Assembly (NCBI GenBank): GCA_963674865.2
Contig: CAXXYE010000003.1
Location: forward strand, 288,001 to 352,000
DNA from: Candidatus Hydrogenedentota bacterium
GTDB taxonomy: Bacteria > Hydrogenedentota > Hydrogenedentia > Hydrogenedentales > SLHB01
DNA length: 64,000 nt
Direction of reading: 5' to 3'
The position numbers and the translations under genes are program-made. Shown here piece by piece: positions 59,941-64,000 of the stretch; the first letter of the stretch is position 1; each line of letters begins with the position of its first letter. The notes under the pieces were generated by a model that was given only the letters and a program-made list of their open reading frames with translations, had not been told where the DNA came from and did no database searches.

Positions 59941-61985
59941 GGTCCCGTGACGCATCGGATGGCGAACTTCTCGTTCGCGTCCGGCGTAGTCACGCCGAAC
60001 TTGGCCTTATTCCAATCGTATATCCAGTAGAACCGGTTGGGACCAGTGCCGTAGCACCAATAGAAGCCATTGCCCGAGTTCACGAAGGGTAGCTCCTTTG
60101 GGCTGAAATCATCCGTGGGAAGCGTCATAAGCTCCCCCTTCGTCGGAATGCGCCAACTACTGCGGCCCGCGAGCTCGAGGCCGTCCGCATAGTGCCGGTA
60201 ATCGGTAGTCCGCCCCGGCCGCGGCAAGCCGTAAGTTTTGCCGCTATCGCCCTTCTGCCAGATCAACATCGTGTCGTTGTCGAACACGGTTCCATCGCCC
60301 CTGTCGACAAGCCGTCCGCCCGCGTATTCCTTGGGCCCGGCCGGCGCCGGCGTTTGGGCCTTGGCCTCGGCAATCTTCACGGCCGTCGTTTCGGCCGGTT
60401 TGCCCTCCGTTGGCCCGGCCGCTGTCTTCGGCGCTTTGTCCGCGGCCTTCTGCTCAGGCTCCTGGGGAGACGCGGCCGCGGGCGGTGCCTCGGAAACCAC
60501 CGCTTCCTTCTCCTCCGGTGCCGTCGTTGAATCGGCAGCGTTCCCCTTCGGCTCCGCCGCCACGGCTATGGCGGCGGCTTCAGTTGCTTGGCTCGTAGCG
60601 GACGCCTCCACTCCTTCAGGCGCCTCCGCCGCGGCAGATGCCTGAGGAGAAGTCGTCTCGCCCTGCGTGCCCTCGTTCTCTGCGTCGGCTGTCGCCCCAT
60701 CTGTTTTCGGCCCCTCGGCAACCACGTCCGCCGCCGGGGGCTCCTCGGGCCGTGCGCCCGGCGTCTCGTCACCGTCTACCTCGGAAGCCTGCGGTACTGC
60801 AGTTGCTTGTGGCGGTGTCGCTGCGTCGCGCTCCGTGGTCTCTGTCGATACCGAGGCAACCTGCGGCGGCGCATTGTCGGAGGTTGTGGGGGCGCCGGCC
60901 CTCGTTTGCCCGAGCCTGAAGGCGAGGAATACCCCCGTGCCGCCTATGGCCAAGAGGCATAGCGCCGCGGCAACGAGCAGGAGCGGGCCCCGGCGCTTGC
61001 CCGTGTCCCGTACCGCGGACGGGGCCTCGGGCGTCTTGCCTTGCGCTGACGCCGCTTCGACGGGCACTCCCTCCTCGGGGGTGACAAGTCTTGTGGCCTC
61101 TTCGCTGGCCCGCACGGTGACCGCTTCCTCGATGGGAAGCTGCGAATCACCCTCACGGAGCCAGCGTTCGATATCAGCTTCGAGGGCCTGCGCTGAGTTG
61201 TACCGGTTCGCCAGGTTCTTGGCCACCATCTTCTTGACGATGAAGGCGACGCCGAGAGGCACATCGGGATTGAGGTCGCGGACCGCGGGAAAGTCGGACA
61301 GGGCAATCTGGCTCATCACCGCCATCGGCGTGTCGCCGACATAAGGCGGCCGGCCCGTGAGCATCTCGAACAGCATGACGCCGAGGGAGTAGATGTCGGT
61401 GCGCAGGTCGACGGCTTCACCTTTGCACTGCTCAGGAGACATGTAGGCTGGTGTGCCCATCGCCGTGCCCGTCGCCGTCAGGGCCGACGCGCCTCCAAGC
61501 ACTTTCGCCAGCCCAAAATCCATCACCTTTACGCGGCCCACCTGATCGCACATGATGTTTTGCGGCTTAATATCGCGGTGGACGATGTCCTTCTCGTGAG
61601 CCTCCGCCAGTGCCTCCGCCGCCTGAAGGGTGATATCCAGCGCGCGCCCCACTTCGAACCGACCCTGCTCCGTGATCTGCATGGCGATAGTCTTGCCCTT
61701 CACGTACTCCATCGCCATGAAGTGCATGCCCGCATGCTCGCCCACCGCGTACACCGTGACGATGTTCGGGTGAGTCAGCCGTGCCGCGGCCCGCGCCTCA
61801 CGCTCGAACCGCGCCACAAATTCGTCGTTTTCGGCCAAATGCGCAGGAAGGATCTTCAAGGCCACCACGCGCTGGAGCGACATCTCGTGCGCCTTGTAGA
61901 CAACGCCCATGCCCCCACGTCCCAGCTCACGCTGGATCTCGTAGTTGCCCACAATCGTGCCGATCAGCGAACCGTCCTTACTCAT
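59937..61985 (-). CDS. Hanks-type Ser/Thr protein kinase with TM, long low-complexity linker and C-terminal DUF1566 (Lcl-C-like) domain
   Basis: LGRGGMGVVY, VALK, HRDIKPQN, DFG, GTPAYMSPE, DIYSLG; TM; DRGDGTVFDNDTMLIWQK...WRIPTKGEL...YW...IRCV. Confidence 0.9.
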   Translation of the reverse strand: MSKDGSLIGTIVGNYEIQRELGRGGMGVVYKAHEMSLQRVVALKILPAHLAENDEFVARFEREARAAARLTHPNIVTVYAVGEHAGMHFMAMEYVKGKTIAMQITEQGRFEVGRALDITLQAAEALAEAHEKDIVHRDIKPQNIMCDQVGRVKVMDFGLAKVLGGASALTATGTAMGTPAYMSPEQCKGEAVDLRTDIYSLGVMLFEMLTGRPPYVGDTPMAVMSQIALSDFPAVRDLNPDVPLGVAFIVKKMVAKNLANRYNSAQALEADIERWLREGDSQLPIEEAVTVRASEEATRLVTPEEGVPVEAASAQGKTPEAPSAVRDTGKRRGPLLLVAAALCLLAIGGTGVFLAFRLGQTRAGAPTTSDNAPPQVASVSTETTERDAATPPQATAVPQASEVDGDETPGARPEEPPAADVVAEGPKTDGATADAENEGTQGETTSPQASAAAEAPEGVEASATSQATEAAAIAVAAEPKGNAADSTTAPEEKEAVVSEAPPAAASPQEPEQKAADKAPKTAAGPTEGKPAETTAVKIAEAKAQTPAPAGPKEYAGGRLVDRGDGTVFDNDTMLIWQKGDSGKTYGLPRPGRTTDYRHYADGLELAGRSSWRIPTKGELMTLPTDDFSPKELPFVNSGNGFYWCYGTGPNRFYWIYDWNKAKFGVTTPDANEKFAIRCVTGP

Positions 61986-62033
61986 TCCCCTCACTCTCTC
62001 CACGCGCACAATGGCGCCGGCGAAAGAACGCGC

Positions 62034-63065
62034 CTACCGCATGCGCAGCGTTTGGCCCTTGCCGATGGTTCCTTCCATGACCTCGCCGATCGAGAGCTTC
62101 TCCCGTACATCCGTGATCCTGACGCTGCCCGTCTTCTCCTCGATGACATCGAGAATTAGCCCCGTGTCCGGGTCCTTGATCTCTTTCGTTGCCTTGTAGC
62201 CCTGGAGCACCATGTCGGGCTTCATATTTCGGTTGCTGCCCGCGTTGATGTATACCTTGCCGCCTTCTGCCTCGGCCACGCGCGCGTAGAAAGGCACGCG
62301 CGCCATGTGTTCCGTGATGAAAGCGACGGCTTCACGGATGGCGTCCTCGGCGGCCTGAGCCAACGGCTCTTCCTTGGCGCCGGCCCCGTTGAAACTGAAG
62401 CCTCGAACATAGGCCCCGCCCGCAGCTGATTTCCCCGAGGCCGTACCGTCGGCGTTTGCCGTAGCGAGGACCTTGCCGGTTGTCGTGTCCACCAGCCGGA
62501 TATTCACCTTGACATAGGCCGTGTTCTTGCCTCCACCTAGTCGCAGGCGGCCGACGTGCGGCAGCGGAACGCCCACCCCGCCTCCACCGCTCGAAGCGTT
62601 CTGCTCGAACTGCGTCACCGCACCCATAACGAGGATGCTGGCGCCCAACAGGTCTCCCACCTTAGCGGCCGTCGCCATCGTGGTCCGGCCCTCGGCGGCC
62701 AAGTCTTGCTCATCGAGCACGTCGCCCAGCTCCGCCCGTTCCACCACGATGAACCGGCCCGTCTTCATCAAGGCGTCCGACAACATCGTCCCCAGAGCTT
62801 CCCCCGTGTCCCATCCGATACCCGATGTGCTCTTGAACTTCGTGACCGCAATGATCTTCTTCGGCCCCTCATAGACGCCCGCGGGAGACGCCTGATTCTC
62901 CGAAACGGCCCCGTCTGCCGGTTTATCCAGTCGCTTTCCTACCAGCTTGTTTCGCAAGCCGGCGTGCGCCGATTCGGTGAAACACCCGAGCAACACCAGA
63001 GCCGCCACGATACCTATCAGGCAAATCGCCTGTCCCACACTACGGTTGGCTTTCACAAGAACCAT
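62034..63065 (-). CDS. CsgG/HfaB family protein with C-terminal FlgT_C-like beta domain
   Basis: GPKKIIAVTKF, LMKTGRFIVVERAELGDVLDEQ, GAVTQF, IRLVDTTTG; VYINAGS...IKDPDTGLIL. Confidence 0.82.
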   Translation of the reverse strand: MVLVKANRSVGQAICLIGIVAALVLLGCFTESAHAGLRNKLVGKRLDKPADGAVSENQASPAGVYEGPKKIIAVTKFKSTSGIGWDTGEALGTMLSDALMKTGRFIVVERAELGDVLDEQDLAAEGRTTMATAAKVGDLLGASILVMGAVTQFEQNASSGGGGVGVPLPHVGRLRLGGGKNTAYVKVNIRLVDTTTGKVLATANADGTASGKSAAGGAYVRGFSFNGAGAKEEPLAQAAEDAIREAVAFITEHMARVPFYARVAEAEGGKVYINAGSNRNMKPDMVLQGYKATKEIKDPDTGLILDVIEEKTGSVRITDVREKLSIGEVMEGTIGKGQTLRMR

Positions 63066-63584
63066 TGCCGGCCCTCCCTTATTCTATGCGGCTCGTGCGA
63101 GCCCCCGAACGGGGTCGCTCCCTCGCCCGTGTTTGCCATACTAAGCCGTCTTCCTCACAGCCACATAACGAGACTGCACGCATGGTATGCGGAACGGGCA
63201 TCTTACCTCAAGATCCTCGACTTGCCGCAGTCGCCGGGCAATTCGACTGTGCCGCGCACTCGGCACGTCGGATCGACTTCGTCTTTTGCGATGTTCTCAC
63301 CCACACCTATCAGGTTTAGGCGCCTGTTTTGCCAATACCTTCATTTCTAATGACTCAACGAGCGGCACAATTGGCAACACGGCCACCGGGACTTGGAGAA
63401 TCTCGCAGACTGGCCCGCAATCTCCTCGACACTGTGTCATCAACAAGTCCGTTTACGTCGGACGACAGGTGAGAAAAGCGGGGCGTGGACGACTGCGTGT
63501 GATACGTTCAGGCTACGCCACACTGGCGGCAAGCCATCAAACGCCCCCACCCCCACCCCGAAGGGCTGTTCCGGAGAGACGCCA

Positions 63585-64000
63585 TTACGCGTGCGGATGG
63601 CTGTCGCGGTAGACTTGTTTCAGCCGGTCGATGCTTACGTGCGTGTAGATCTGCGTGCTGGACAGACTCTCGTGGCCGAGAAGCTCCTGGACCACGCGCA
63701 GATCGGCCCCCGCGTTGAGCATGTGCGTCGCGAACGTATGGCGGAAAGTGTGCGGCGATATGGATTCGCGTTCCGGCAGGGCCTGACGCACGTACTTCTC
63801 GACGATACGCTGCACGCTGCGCGTGGTCAGTGGGCCGCCCCGCGCATTGACGAACAGGCAGGCGTGCTTGGCTGTGCCCAGTTGCCCGCGAATTCCAAGA
63901 TAGGCCCGGATAGCGTCCAAGGCGTAGGAGCCGAGCTGAGCGAGTCGCTCCTTCCGTCGCTTGCCAAGCACCGTCAGTGTTGCCCCAACCAAGTCCACGT
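63585..64000 (-). CDS. xerC: Tyrosine recombinase XerC (3' part; truncated by window edge)
   Basis: [64 protein letters not shown]. Confidence 0.85.
   Translation of the reverse strand, partial: VDLVGATLTVLGKRRKERLAQLGSYALDAIRAYLGIRGQLGTAKHACLFVNARGGPLTTRSVQRIVEKYVRQALPERESISPHTFRHTFATHMLNAGADLRVVQELLGHESLSSTQIYTHVSIDRLKQVYRDSHPHA

Noticed and set aside
59937..60310. DUF1566 domain as a diversity-generating retroelement target
   Set aside because: No reverse transcriptase or template repeat differing at adenines is visible in the window.
56495..64000. Possible integrative element between tRNA-Arg and the tyrosine recombinase
   Set aside because: No duplicated tRNA 3' end found by eye; the recombinase looks like housekeeping XerC; no phage or conjugation genes.

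Overview
GC-rich bacterial chromosome window of about 47 genes, mostly housekeeping, cell-envelope and carbohydrate-processing. Gene content suggests a Candidatus Hydrogenedentes-like lineage, but this is inference and was not verified. It contains two convergent RfbE-like SDR epimerases with a DPM1-like GT2, pgl, a PHP metallohydrolase with a Cys-containing C-terminal sorting tail, a multi-PAS hybrid kinase and comEA. It also holds an intact 1231-bp IS4/IS10-like element with a perfect 9-bp target duplication, bcp, a membrane-anchored C39 peptidase facing a CPBP protease, and an archaeal/eukaryotic-type DRG GTPase. Further along are a partial type II secretion/pseudopilin operon with a doubly frameshifted gene, uvrC, tolA-like/tolB, ppiD, tRNA-Arg(CCT), a GH29 fucosidase, an ARSK-like sulfatase plus a sulfatase remnant, a Ser/Thr kinase-DUF1566 fusion behind a CsgG-family gene, and the 3' part of xerC. 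The best candidate for an undescribed system is a nitrogen module at 30.3-35.7 kb. There nrpR is divergent from gdhA, an NrpR-like operator lies just downstream of a near-consensus gdhA promoter, and gdhA is followed by an atypical KaiC-like/PPDK-like protein that may regulate GDH post-translationally. All family calls are from motif recognition by eye; no searches were run.
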